Assembly: GCF_006345805.1 (NCBI RefSeq)
Contig: NC_043026.1
Location: 4,092,001-4,156,000, forward strand
Source: Octopus sinensis
Taxonomy: Eukaryota
Length of the DNA stretch: 64,000 bases
Direction: 5' to 3'
The first letter of the stretch is position 1. Every line of letters starts with the position of its first letter. Made by a program: the position numbers and the translations under genes. A model generated the notes under the pieces. That model saw nothing but the letters and a program-made list of their open reading frames with translations, made no database searches and was not told the origin of the DNA. Positions 50,376 through 63,268 of this stretch are shown here, piece after piece.

Positions 50376-50612
50376 GTATCAATGAAATAAAATGAAAAAC
50401 AGAAAACAAAGGATGTCGCGGTACATATGTTTCGGGCTTTATAGAACAACTTATTCTTACATCAATGCATAATTGACATAACAGATAGTTCAAAAGCCCT
50501 CTTCAGCCGCATGCAATTGCTACACCAAAGACTTGTATCACATTATAAAAGGTTTATACATATGTACCGCAACATCCTTTGTGTCCTGTTTTTCATTTTA
50601 TTTCATTTGATA
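50376..50612. mobile_element. Inverted-repeat-bounded Penelope-like element of about 237 bp hosting a hammerhead
   Basis: Imperfect inverted repeats of about 55 bp: gtatcaatgaaataaaatgaaaaacag...cggtacatatgt and acatatgtaccgc...ctgtttttcattttatttcatttgatac. Confidence 0.75.
50417..50511 (-). ncRNA. Type I hammerhead ribozyme motif with a long stem II
   Basis: Minus strand TGCGG CTGAAGA GGGCTTT(TGAAC...GTTCTAT)AAAGCCC GAAACATATGTA^CCGCG. The core is intact, stem II is 7 bp or more, stem III is the palindrome ACATATGT, and the triplet is GUA. Confidence 0.82.
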
Positions 50613-51740
50613 CATATATCCTCTCACCTATGCTACTAGCTGGCATATACAGGTGCTTACATTTATCAAGCATTCACCCTGAATTTATATATATTTCTTT
50701 ACTGCCCACAAGGGGCTAAACATAGAGGGGACAAACAAGGACAGACATAGGTATTAAGTCGATTACATCAACCCCAATCCGTAACTGGTGCTTAATTTAT
50801 CGACCTCGAAAGGATAAAAGGCAAAGTCGACCTCGGCGGAATTTGAACTCAGAACGTAACGACAGACGAAATACAGCTAAGCATTTCACCCAGCGTGCTA
50901 ACGATTCTGCCAGCTCACCGACCTTTCACTTTTTTGTTCAATCCTTGTTCCAGCCATTGGACTGAGGCCATGCTGGGGCACCACATCGAATGAGTTTTTA
51001 GTCAAATAGTGTATCTGTGTGTGAGATAGAGAGAGAGAGACACACACACACAGACAGACAGATAGACAGACAGAGAGGAGGTGCATACCTTTCACTTTTT
51101 TGTTCAGTTCTTACTTGTTCCAGCCATTGGACTGAGGCCATGCTGGGGCACCACATCGAATGGGTTTTTAGTATACTTATTTTCTAGTTTTTTTTTAACC
51201 CTGATACTTCGTCTATCAGTCTCTTTTCTACTGAATTGCTCAGTTGCTGGAGAATTAATTGAAACAGCTGTAAGATGCAAAGATGACCAATTTGCTAATG
51301 GTAAATAATTGTTAATTTCCTAATCTCCATTTTCTTTTCTTCTTTATATATATATATATGTATGTAAGTGTATGTATGTATGTATATGTATGTATGTATG
51401 TGCATATATGTGTATACCCTGCTTCAGTAAAGCTGGATTCAAGAGTCATCTTCGTAGTCATAAAACGAGACAGATGAGTGACAACCTGGCCATTGGTGGT
51501 GGCTCAACAGAGGGGAAGTTTGCTGTGGATTGCAGAGCAAGATGAAGCACAAATAAGACATTTTCGTTATCCACTGCATCTGTCTCCATCCCAAGTTGTC
51601 TCGACCTGGGCTTGCCACTGGATTGAAGATGGTCATGGACGAGGCAGTGAGGTTGAGGTGCTCAGATTTTCTTCATCTTAAACAAAGTGACTGTGTAATC
51701 TGGTAGTAATATAGCTATTGGTCCGTGATAGACAGCTTTG

Positions 51741-52140
51741 ATGATCAATGTTACTGTCATCTTGTATGTATGTATGTATGTATGTGCAAGACCCTGCCTC
51801 AGTAAAGCTGGACTCATGAGTCATCTTCGTAGTCATAAAACGAGACAGATGAGTGACAACCTGGCCACTGGTGGTGGTGTAACACACCATACTAATCATA
51901 TCTGTCGGGCGTGTGGAAGAGAGTGTAATTCGGCAGGAGGACTTAAACGACATGCAAAGGTACATGAAGCCCAGTTACAACTACAGCCGGCTATTACCAG
52001 TAAAGGTTTTAGTTGCCAATTCTGTACAAGACATTGTAGATCTTTAGCTGGACTAAAAACTCACATTCGATCACAGCACCAATAACAGTTAAGCTTCGTG
52101 CAATGGCCATACTCGATAACGAGGGGGCAGCCATAATGAG
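51741..52140 (+). mobile_element. RTE-X-like LINE 3' end encoding three C2H2 zinc fingers (open frame 51741-52085)
   Basis: CARPCLSKAGLMSHLRSH, CRACGRECNSAGGLKRHAKVH and CQFCTRHCRSLAGLKTHIRSQH, with no TGEKP linkers and a short 3' UTR. A frameshifted duplicate at 52359-52628 ends in (AAT)n, and a fragment lies at 51417-51502. The clade assignment comes from recalled similarity. Confidence 0.7.
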
Positions 52141-53033
52141 CCAATGAGGGAAACCTCTCTATATTAGGGTAGACCTGGCAGAAAAAGCAGCCAAACGTCC
52201 CTCCAGATCATACTCACTGACTTATGTGTGTATATATGCATGTATGAACAAATGTGAGAAACAACTATATGTAAGACAGATCTGACAGAAATAGCAGCCA
52301 AAACTCCCTCAAATCGCCCCCTACTGTCTTCCGTATGTATGTATGTATGCTGAGCCATGTGGTGTAACACACCATACTAATCATATCTGTCGGCATGTGG
52401 AAGAGAGTGTAATTCGCAGGAGGACTTAAACGACATGCAAAGTACATGAAGCCCAGTTACAACTACAGCCGGCTATTACCAGTAAAGGTCTTAGTTGCCA
52501 ATTCTGTACAAGACATTGTAGATCTTTAGCTGGGCTAAAAAGTCACATTCGATCACGGCACCAGTAACAGTTAAGCTTCGTGCAATGGCCATACTTGTTA
52601 ACGAGGGGGCAGCCATAATAATAATAATATGTGTGTATATGTATGTATATATATGTGGGCACAACACTTATGATGTGATCTTAGACTCACAAAAGTTCAA
52701 CAGCATGTATATATATGTATGTGTGTGTGTATGTATTCTATAAGTGTCCCACCATCATCGCTTGACTACTGATGTTGGTGTGTTTACGTCCCCGTAACTT
52801 AGCGGTTTAGCGAAAAGAGACCGACAGAATAGATACTGGGCTTACAAAGAATAAGTGCTGGTGTCGATGTGTTCGACTAAAGGCAGTGCTCCAGCATGGC
52901 CGCAGTCAAACAAACGAAAGAATAAAAGAACGTGTATGTTTTTATTAATATTTAGCAGAAGCAAGAGTGACTCAAGGTCTTGGAGTTTCGTGCAATTGCA
53001 CTGATAGAATACACACACACACACACACATGTG

Positions 53034-53089
<56 letters not shown>

Positions 53090-54744
53090 CACACACACTT
53101 TATATATATATATATATATATACTCTTCTACTCTTTTACTTGTTTCAGTCATTTGACTGCGGCCATGCTGGAGCACCACCTCTAATCGAGCAACTCGACT
53201 CCGGGACTTATTCTTTGTAAGCCCAGTACTTATTCTATCGGTCTCTTTTGCCGAACCGCTAAGTGACGGGGACATAAACACACCACCATCGATTGTCACG
53301 CAATGTTAGGGATGGGGGGGGGAGGACAAACACAAACACACACGCACATATATATATATATATATATACATACATACGACGGGCTTCTTTCAGTTTCCGT
53401 CTACCAAATCCACTCACAAGGCTTTGGTCGGCCCGAGGCTATAGTAGAAGACACTTGCCCAAGTTTCCACGCAGTGGGACTGAACCCGGAACCACGCGGT
53501 TGGTAAGCAAGCTACTTACCACACAACCACTCCTGCGCCTATATATTTATATATATATATATATATATCCATGCTGTTGAACTTTTGTGAGTCTAAGATC
53601 ACATCATAAGTGTTGTGCAAATACAGGACACAAATAATTAGATGGGTCAGGTCAGGATTTCTCTCCTCCACCACCTCCACCACCACCACCAACAACAACA
53701 ACAAGAACAACTTTTACAGTGATAAATAAATGAAATAGAGCAAGAGTGTGTGTGTGTGTAGGTATGTTGAAAATGGTGGACAAGAAACTAATTCAGTTTA
53801 AGTACTATGTAGTGGTTGGTTGTTTGTTAAATTTTTGATTTCTTTGTTTAATGTGGGTCAACTTAAAAATCTCACACATATGTGTAAGATACAAACTCAC
53901 GCACTCACACACACACACACTCATACACACCACACTGATTGTAAGTCAACACGTTTTGACTACTGTTGGATTCTGAATGTCTACAGTTTTCTGTCACTTC
54001 ATCTCTTTTCTTTTTCCTTTTTTTTTGTTTGTTTTACCACCTCTGTGCACACACGCGCGAACTTTATATATATGTATGGTGTGTATATATACTCTTTTAC
54101 TTGTTTCAGTCATTTGACTGCGGCCATGCTGGAGCACCGCCTTTAGTCGACCAAATCGACCCCAGGAACTTATTCTTTCTTTGTAAGCCTAGTACTTATT
54201 CTATCAGTCTCTTTTGCCGAACCGCTAAGTGACGGGGACGTAAACACACCAGCATCGGTTGTCAAGCAATGCTAGGAGGACAAACACAGACACACAAACA
54301 TACGCACACATACATATATATATATATATATAAACATATATACGACAGGCTTCCTTCAGTTTCCGTCTACCAAATCCACTCACAAGGCTTTGGTTGGCCC
54401 GAGGCTATAGCAGAAGACACTTGCCCAAGGTGCCATGCGGTGGGACTGAACCCGGAACCATGTGGTTGGTTAGCAAGCTACTTACCACACAGCCACTCCT
54501 GCGCCTATATATGTATGTGTATATATACTCTTTTACTTGTTTCAGTCATTTGACTGTGGCCATGCTGGAGCACCGCCTTTAGTCGACCAAATCGACCCCA
54601 GATCTTTTTCTTTGTAAGCCTAGTACTTATTCTCTCGGTCTCTTTTGCCGAACCACAATGTTGCAGGGACCAGGACGCCATGATAGATCATTAGCTCCTA
54701 CACGCATTTTTTCTCTCCTTGTTTCTCTCCTTTTTTTCTGTGTA

Positions 54745-54782
54745 TCTTTCTGTCGAAGAGCGTAGGCTCGAAATGTAAAAGA
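54745..54782 (+). ncRNA. Decayed minimal hammerhead motif (47138 family), plus strand
   Basis: TCTTT CTGTCGA A GAGC GTAG GCTC GAAATGTA^AAAGA. A6-to-T and C15.2-to-T substitutions probably abolish activity. Confidence 0.6.
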
Positions 54783-55841
54783 CTTGTTCTATTTCTATTC
54801 CTGAGCGCTATACTAATACATTTGTTTGTTTGTACTCCACCTGCCTTCGTCTTTTGTTTATTTTCGTAAACTTTCCCGTTATGTACAGTTTCCCTCTACC
54901 AAATCCACTCACAAGGCTTTGGTCGGCCCGAGGCTTTAGTAGAAGGCACTTGCCCAAGGTGCCATGCAGTGGAACTGAACCCGGAACCATGTGGTTGATA
55001 AGAAGCTACTTACCACACAGCCACTCCTACGCACCGCTTGTAGTCGAGCAAATGGAACCCAGGACTTATTCTTTGTAAGACTAGTACTTATTCTATCGGT
55101 CTCTTTTGCCGAACTGCAATGTTGTGGGGACAAACACAGACATACAAACACGCACATATATATATATACATATACATATATACAACGGGCTTTTTTCAAT
55201 TTCCCTCTACCAAATCCACTCACAAGGCTTTGGTCGGCCCGAGGCTATAGTAGAATACACTTGCCCAAGGTACTACACAGTGGGACTGAACCCAGAACCA
55301 TATGGTTGGTAAGCAAGCTACTTACCACACAGCCGCTCCTATGCACCGCCTTTAGTCGAGCAAATCGACCCCAGGTCTTATTCTTTATAAGCCTAGTACT
55401 TATTTTATCGGTCTCTTTTGCCAAACCGTTAAGTTACGGGGACGTGAACACACCAGCATCGGTTGTCAAGCGATGTTGGGGGGGGACAAACACAGACACA
55501 CATATATATACATATACATATATACATATACACGACAGGCTTCTTTCAGTTTCTGTCTACCAAATCCACTCGCAAGGCTTTGGTTGGCCCGAGACTATAG
55601 TAAAAGAGACTTGCGCGAGGTGTCACACAGTAGGACTGAACCCGGAATCATGTGGTTTGTAAGCAAGCTGCTTACCACACAGCCCTCTTAAAATTTTACA
55701 TAGATCTACCTACACAAGTTAATATGTGGAAAACAAAATAGGGATTTTGAAAGAAGTTTCTATGGAACTAGGTTTTAAACACCGAATCGTTATGGGGGAT
55801 CCACCAGAATTAAATAGTAATCAAAGGGGTCTATAGATGAA

Positions 55842-56674
55842 TCTTTTCGGTTTGAATGGCAGTTTTTTCTGGCGGTGTCATATGAAAATGTCATCCATAA
55901 TTATGACCCTAGTATCGATCTATTGCATTTCAATCCGTTTTAGGGTTAGGGTTAGGGGGAAGGGTATCTTTTTTTCTTCAGAAATGTAAATAAACCCAAT
56001 CTGTTTCTTAAATAGAGGGACATACTCATACGGCACAGTATGTTTTTTTTTTACCTCAATAGACGTCAGTGATTGGTTGAAATTGCAGAAATTAAAGAAG
56101 TAAAAAAGCAACAAATATCTTACAAACTATAGAATTTTCTCAATAAAGCCAAGAGAAAAAGATGTTTTATAAACACATTCTACCAGTATACGAAGTTTAG
56201 CATTTTTTAGTTACGCTTTACTCTTTTACTCTTTTACTTGTTTCAGTCATTTGACTGCGGCCATGCTGGAGCACCGCCTTTAGTCGAGCAAATCGACCCC
56301 GGGACTTATTCTTTGTAAGCCCAGTACTTATTCTATCGGTCTCTTTTGCCGAACCGCTAAGTGACGGGGACGTAAACACACCAGCATCGGTTGTCAGGCA
56401 ATGCTAGGGGGACAAACACAGACACACAAACATATACACACACACTTATATATATATATATACATATATACGACGGGCTTCTTTCAGTTTCCGTCTACCA
56501 ATTCCACTCACAAGACATTCGTCGGCCCGGGGCTATAGCAGAAGACACTTGCCCAAGGTGCCACGCAGTGGGACTGAACCCGGAACCATGTGGTTGGTTA
56601 GTAAGCTACTTACCACACAGCCACTCCTGCATGGAAATTATTTAAAAAAAACTGCCGTTCAAACCGAAAAGATC
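55842..56674. mobile_element. MITE (17854 family) interrupted by a SINE A copy at 56219-56627
   Basis: TIRs tcttttcggtttgaatggcagtttttt and aaaaaaactgccgttcaaaccgaaaaga. The internal sequence matches the reverse complement of 17854-18268. Confidence 0.75.
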
Positions 56675-56678
56675 ATCA

Positions 56679-57052
56679 TCTCTTCTCTCTATATATAAAC
56701 AGCAGTTTGTCTGTTTGTGTTTCTGTGTGTCTGTTAGGTTGTACCCTCACCTTGACCACGGCTTTCAACCGATTCTGATGAAACTTGACACACACATAGC
56801 CCAATGTCATAATTCAAAACTAACGCAGCGAAAATTTTGAAAAGTTCCCCCAGTTCTGAAAAAAATCGATAAATTCGACATGGGGTCGAGAATCAGAAAC
56901 ACAAACCACAGACTGTCTAAGGGACGCAACTCGACCTTTTTAACTAAAAAAAATTTACCATAATTTTTTTCCATTTTTTGGCTATAACTCTCTAAAAATG
57001 CTTTATAGTTATTTCCCTTACAAACCCGAGCAACGCCGGGCGATACTGCTAG
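56679..57052 (+). mobile_element. Non-autonomous Helitron
   Basis: A|TC start and CTAG|T end. The 3' end of about 70 bp is nearly identical to those at 5454 and 7386, but the 5' body differs. Confidence 0.8.
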
Positions 57053-57319
57053 TAGATAATAATAAATGGCTGAGAACCCACTGCTTTGAATGGATGTATT
57101 GGTATTTATGGCAAGAAACAGCTTGGTTTCTTTCTCTAACATTTTATATTGCTCAACCTGTAGAAGCTAATGTGACACAAAAACAAGACAGGAACTTTGA
57201 AAGAAGCTTCTATGGGGGGTCAACCATTATAAAATAGTAATGAAAGGGGTCCAAAGATAATGAATGGTTGAGAATCCCTTCTTTAAATATACGTCCTCTT
57301 ATATTCATATTCGCCCCTC

Positions 57320-57369
57320 ACATGCTCTCTCTCTCTCTCCCTCTCTCGCTCCATCATCTCTTTCATCCA

Positions 57370-57411
<42 letters not shown>

Positions 57412-58380
57412 CTCTTTGTCCGTTGTTCCTAATCCCTCCTCTCTCTCTCTCTCTATTGTCTCTTCTCCTCCCTCACTCTCTCTATTCCCTTCTGTCCTCC
57501 CCGTCTCAATTCTCTCTTTTATTCTTCCCCCCTCTCTATTGTCTCTTTGCTCCTCTTCCTCCTCTCTCTATTGACTTTTTATCTTCCCTTTCTCCCTCTA
57601 TTGTCTCTTTTATCCTCCCTCTCTCCCTCTTTATACGGCGTCTTGTATCCAACTCCCCTCTCTTTCACTCTCTATCGTCTCTTATCCTCCCTCACTCTCT
57701 CTATTCCCTTCTGTCCTCCCCGTCTCAATTCTCTCTTATATTCTTCCTCCCTCTCTAATGTCTCTTTGCTCCTCTTCCTCCTCTCTCTATTGACTTTTTA
57801 TCTTCCCTCTCTCCCTCTATTGTCTCTTTTATCCTCCCCTCTCTCTATTAACTTTTATCTTCCCTTTCTCCCTCTATTGTCTCTTTTAATCTCCCTCTCT
57901 CCCCCTTTATACGGCGTCTTGTATCCAACTCCCCTCTCTTTCACTCTCTATCGTCTCTTATCCTCCCTCACTCTCTCTATTCCCTTCTGTCCTCCCCGTC
58001 TCAATTCTCTCTTTTATTCTTCCTCCCTCTCTAATGTCTCTTTGCTCCTCTTCCTCCTCTCTCTATTTACTTTTTATCTTCCCTCTCCCTCTATTGTCTC
58101 TTATCCTCCCTCTCTCCCCCTTTATAAGGCGTCTTGTATCCAACTCCCCTCTCTTTCACTCTCTATCGTCTCTTCAAGTCTCTCCCTCTCCCTCTCCCCT
58201 CCGTCCCTCTTTTAATTAGTATCTCCACCCCTTTCCCTCTCTTACATGTCTCCTCTCACCTCTCTTATCACAACCCCGTCTCTCTCTTCCTCTCTACCCT
58301 TCTCTCTCTATCACGTCTTCTGAACGTCCTACTGTCCTCTTTTACTTCCCCCCTACCTCCTTCCCCCCTTCTTTCGTGTA
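57320..58380 (+). repeat. CT-rich tract with higher-order units of about 215-280 bp
   Basis: ggcgtcttgtatccaactcccctctctttcactc occurs at about 57637, 57914 and 58128. Confidence 0.85.
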
Positions 58381-59837
58381 TTGTTCAACAGTAGTGGCGG
58401 TGGAGGGTGGGTGGTGGTGATGGCCGATGCTGTTTAACCCCGAGTCTGTTCTCACCTGACTGAGGTCACTTATGGCAGCAGACATTCTGTCTATGACCAT
58501 CACTTCTTTGACCTATTTATACGTTGCATAATGTGGCCCTTAGATGTGAAGGAAATCTGGCTGCTATTTCTATAAGATCTAGAGGTCTTGTTGGCTTATA
58601 TATATATATATAAGCAGGAGTGGCTGTGTGGTAAGTAGCTTGCTTACCAACCACATGGCTCCGGGTTCAATCCCACTGCGTGGCACCTTGGGCAAGTGTC
58701 TTCTACCAAAGCCTCGGGCCGACCAAGGTCTTGTGGAAGAAGCCCGTCGTATATATGTATATATATATATGTGTGTGTGTGTGTATATTTGTGTGTCTGT
58801 GTTTGCCCCCCCCACTCCCAACATCACTTGACAACCGATGCTGGTGTGTTTACGTCCCCGTAACTTAGCGGTTCGGCAAAAGGAAACCGATAGAATAAGT
58901 ACTGGGCTTACAAAGAATAAGTCCTGGGGTTGATTTGCTCGACTAAAGGCGGTGCTCCAGCACGGCCGCAGTCAAATGACTGAAACAAGTAAAAGAGTAT
59001 ATATATATGTATGTAGGTGTGTGTATATGTTTGTCCCCCCAACAACCGATGATGGTGTGTTTACGTCCCCCGTAACTTAACGGTTCGGCAAAAGAGACCG
59101 ATAGAATAAGTACTAGGCTTCCAGAGAATAAGTCCTGGGGTCGATTTGCTCGACTTAAGGCGATGCCCCAAGACTTATTCTTTGTAAGCGTAGTACTTAT
59201 TCTATCGGTTTCCTTTTGCCGAACCGCTAAGTTACGGGGACGTAAACACACCAACATCGGTTGTCAAGCGATGGTATGGGGAACAAACACACACACACAC
59301 ATATATATACTCTTTTACTTGTTTCAGTCATTTGACTGCGACCATGCTGGAGCACCGCCTTTAGTCGAGCAACTCTACCCCGGGACTTATTCTTCGTAAG
59401 CCCAGTACTTATTCTATCGGTCTCTCTTTTGCCGAACCGCTAGGTGACGGGGACGTAAACACACCAGCATCGGTTGTCAAGCAATGCTAGGGGGACAAAC
59501 ACAGACACACAAACACACACACATATATATACATATATACGACAGGCTTCTTTCAGTTTCCGTCTACCAAATCCACTCACAAGGCTTTGGTCGACCCGAG
59601 GCTATACTATAAGACACTTGCCCATGGTTCCACACTGTGTGACATACATATACAATATAACAGGGTGTGATCTGAGGGAACTTTCGCTGCCAGTTCTGCC
59701 AGTTCTGGCTACCACGTAGACGTTTCCCTTATTGGCTCATGTATATATGCACACAAGACTTGAATGTGATTTGGGTGAGATTTGACTGCTATTTCCGGCC
59801 GGACTAGCTACCATGTAGTGGTGTCCATCATTGGCTC

Positions 59838-59870
<33 letters not shown>

Positions 59871-60023
59871 TATATATATATATATATAATAATCTAATAG
59901 GGTGTGATTGAGGGAGATTGACTGCTATTTCTGACCGGACTAGCTACCATGTAGTAGTATCATTCATGGCTTATATATATATATATATATATATATATAG
60001 ATATAATATATATATATATATTA

Positions 60024-60360
60024 TACAATAATACGGGTGATTCGAGGGAGATTTGACTGCTGTTTCTACCTGGTCAACTCTTGAATCATTGTTGATAGTA
60101 GGTCATCCAGATGACACCTGCTAGACTCACCTGTCTCAGGTAACTTTAATAAACTAATTTCGACCAACTAACTTAGCTAACGGAACTTAGCTAGGCTTAC
60201 CTTTCAGGTGGAATAAATAATAACAAGCCTTAATTGGCCCCGGGTAGTGCTGGTGAGGTGTTTTATTTGAGGGTCCTGTGGTCTGATATTACGGGTGTTA
60301 GCGAAAGACCTACCACTTTTTCCTGCCTTTCCTCTGTATATATATATATATATATATAAT

Positions 60361-60407
<47 letters not shown>

Positions 60408-60730
60408 CACATATACAATATAACAGGGTATGATTTGAGGGAGATTTGACTGCTGTTTCTACCTGGTCACTCTTGAATCATTGTTGATAGTAGGTCATCC
60501 AGATGACACCTGTTAGACTCACCTGTCTCAGGTAACTTTAATAAACTAATTTGGACCAGCTAACTTAGCTAGCGGAACTTAGCTAGGCTTACCTTTCAGG
60601 TGGATAAATAATAATAACAAGCCTTAATTGGCCCTGGGTAGTGCTGGTGAGGTGTTTTATTTGAGGTTCCCTGTGGTCTGATATTACGGTGTGTTAGCGA
60701 AAGACCTACCACTTTTTCCTGCCTTTCCTC

Positions 60731-60770
<40 letters not shown>

Positions 60771-61090
60771 CAATATAACAGGGTGTGATTTGAGGGAGAT
60801 TTGACTGCTGTTTCTACCTGGTCAACTCTTGAATCATTGTTGATAGTAGGTCATCCAGATGACACCTGCTAGACTCACCTGTTCAGGTAACTTTAATAAA
60901 CTAATCTGGACCAACTAACTTAGCTAACGGAACTTAGCTAGGCTTACCTTTCAGGTGGATAAATAATAATAACAAGCCTTAATTGGCCCTGGGTAGTGCT
61001 GGTGAGGTGTTTTATTTGAGGGTCCCTGTGGTCTGATATTACGGTGTGTTAGCGAAAGGCCTACAACTTTTTTCTGGCCTTTCCTCTGTG
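60024..61090 (+). repeat. Three tandem units of about 315 bp separated by (TA)n
   Basis: Copies at about 60024-60337, 60414-60734 and 60769-61090, nearly identical. Confidence 0.9.
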
Positions 61091-61373
61091 TTTTTTTTTA
61101 CCTTATTAACTACCTATCTGTCACCTACCTACCTGTCAACCGTTTTATACATCTAGACTTGTCTAGTTATGTCTTATATTTGTTTAGTTTTTTTGTTTTT
61201 AGCTTTCTTTTGTGTGTTTACCTGTGTTGTGCGTGCGTGTGTTATGACTATTTTTTAGCCATAACACAACTGTTTGTGTGTTGTTCCAAGAAAGACGGGA
61301 GATGAACCGCTGAAAACTGGAATTTTTTTATATATACACACACATCCACACATTACATACATACATTAACACA

Positions 61374-61399
<26 letters not shown>

Positions 61400-61419
<20 letters not shown>

Positions 61420-61950
61420 CTCTCTCTCTCTCACACACAGAATCTCTCTTACTCTATCCCTCTTTCTCTCACTATCTCCCTCACACAGTCTCTCTCTCTC
61501 TCTCTCTTACTGTATCCCTCTCTCTCTCTCACTATCTCTCCCTCACACAGTCTCTCTCTTACTGTATCTCTCTCTCCCTCACACACAGTCTCTCTCTTAC
61601 TGTATCTCTCTCTCCCTCACACACAGTCTTTCTCTTACTCTATCCCTCTCTCTCACTATCTCACTCACACAGTCTCTCTCTTACTGTATCCCTCTCTCTC
61701 TCTCTTACTATTTCCCTCACACACAGTCTCTCTCTTACTCTATCTCTCTCTCCCTCACACAGTCTCTCTCTCTTACTCTATCCCTCTCTCTCTCTCTCAC
61801 TATCTCCCTCACACACGATCCTCTATCTCTTACTGTATCTCTCTCTCCCTCACACACAGTCTCTCTCTCACTCTCTTCCGTTCTCTCACTATATCCCCCA
61901 CACACTCTCTCTCTTACTGTATCCCTCTCCATCACGGTATCTCTCTCTTT
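61400..61950 (+). repeat. Degenerate minisatellite of about 35-45 bp, rich in CT and CA
   Basis: ctcacacagtctctctcttactgtatc-type units repeat more than 10 times. Confidence 0.85.
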
Positions 61951-62555
61951 TTGCCTTGTTTATGTAGACACACACACGCGCGCCTATTCATACACATACC
62001 TTCTCTTCCATCCCCTCTACCTCACACCCTATCTATCTATCTATCTATCCATCGGGCAATACACACACACACACACATATACAACATATATAGCGTACTT
62101 CACGTTCTTTCACACAATACACCTTTTAACACACATACACACACACACAGTTACACATTCGTTCCTATATACGCACATACATATTCATTCATGTATATTT
62201 TACTGTATTAAATTCACATTAGGCAAGTTATTGCCCTCAAGTAGCGGAAAGGTATACACACACACACACACATACACACGCAGGTACACACGAGCTTATA
62301 CATCCGCACACACACACACACTCATACAGACGTACACTATCTCGTCATCAAAAATACACGAATACACGCATACGCATACATACACACTATCTTTCATATA
62401 TATATATATGTATATATACACACACACACACACATACACTCTCTTTCACATACAATATATATATATATACACACACACATACACTCTCACATACAATATA
62501 TACATATATATATATATATTTCTATACACACATACATACTCTCTCAGATAGACAA

Positions 62556-62613
<58 letters not shown>

Positions 62614-62777
62614 GCACGCGCATTGTCTTTCTTTGAAATACTAATACACACACACACACATACGCAGTCAAATTCATACACACACACAGTCTCTACCTCT
62701 CTTTCTCTTTTGTATTCACCATCTCGTAATTAAAATACACATACACACACTATCTCTTTCACACACACACACCATAT

Positions 62778-62820
<43 letters not shown>

Positions 62821-63005
62821 CTCTTTTACGTATACACACACTTATTCTCTCTTTCATACGTATATATATATATATATAGATAATATATTATATACACACA
62901 CACTATCTCTTTTACGTTTACCACACTTTATTTCTCTCTTTCATACGTATATATATATATACACACACTATCTCTTTCACGTATATTCTAACCACACATT
63001 CTATC

Positions 63006-63054
<49 letters not shown>

Positions 63055-63268
63055 TGCATTGTTCTTTTTCTGGAATATTGAAACACACACATTTCCACTA
63101 CAGACATGCGCGTACATAGCGACTCGGCCTGTCCGTCCGACCATGTGTCCATTGTCAATACATCCAAATATATTTATATATATGTATACAACATACATAC
63201 ATATATGTCCGTGTATATATTAATAAGCACCATATGACTGTTACAATGCTACTGTTCGCCGCCGGACC

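Noticed and set aside
51741-52085. Host C2H2 zinc-finger gene of the cephalopod-expanded type
   Set aside because: There are no TGEKP-type linkers, a LINE-like 3' end with an (AAT)n tail is present on the duplicate, and local truncated copies point to a retroelement origin.
10682-63268. Model in which V1, V2 and V3 are consecutive exons of a multi-LysM protein
   Set aside because: Each encodes only the first half of the domain, and the plausible acceptors before V2 and V3 are out of phase with the phase-0 donors.
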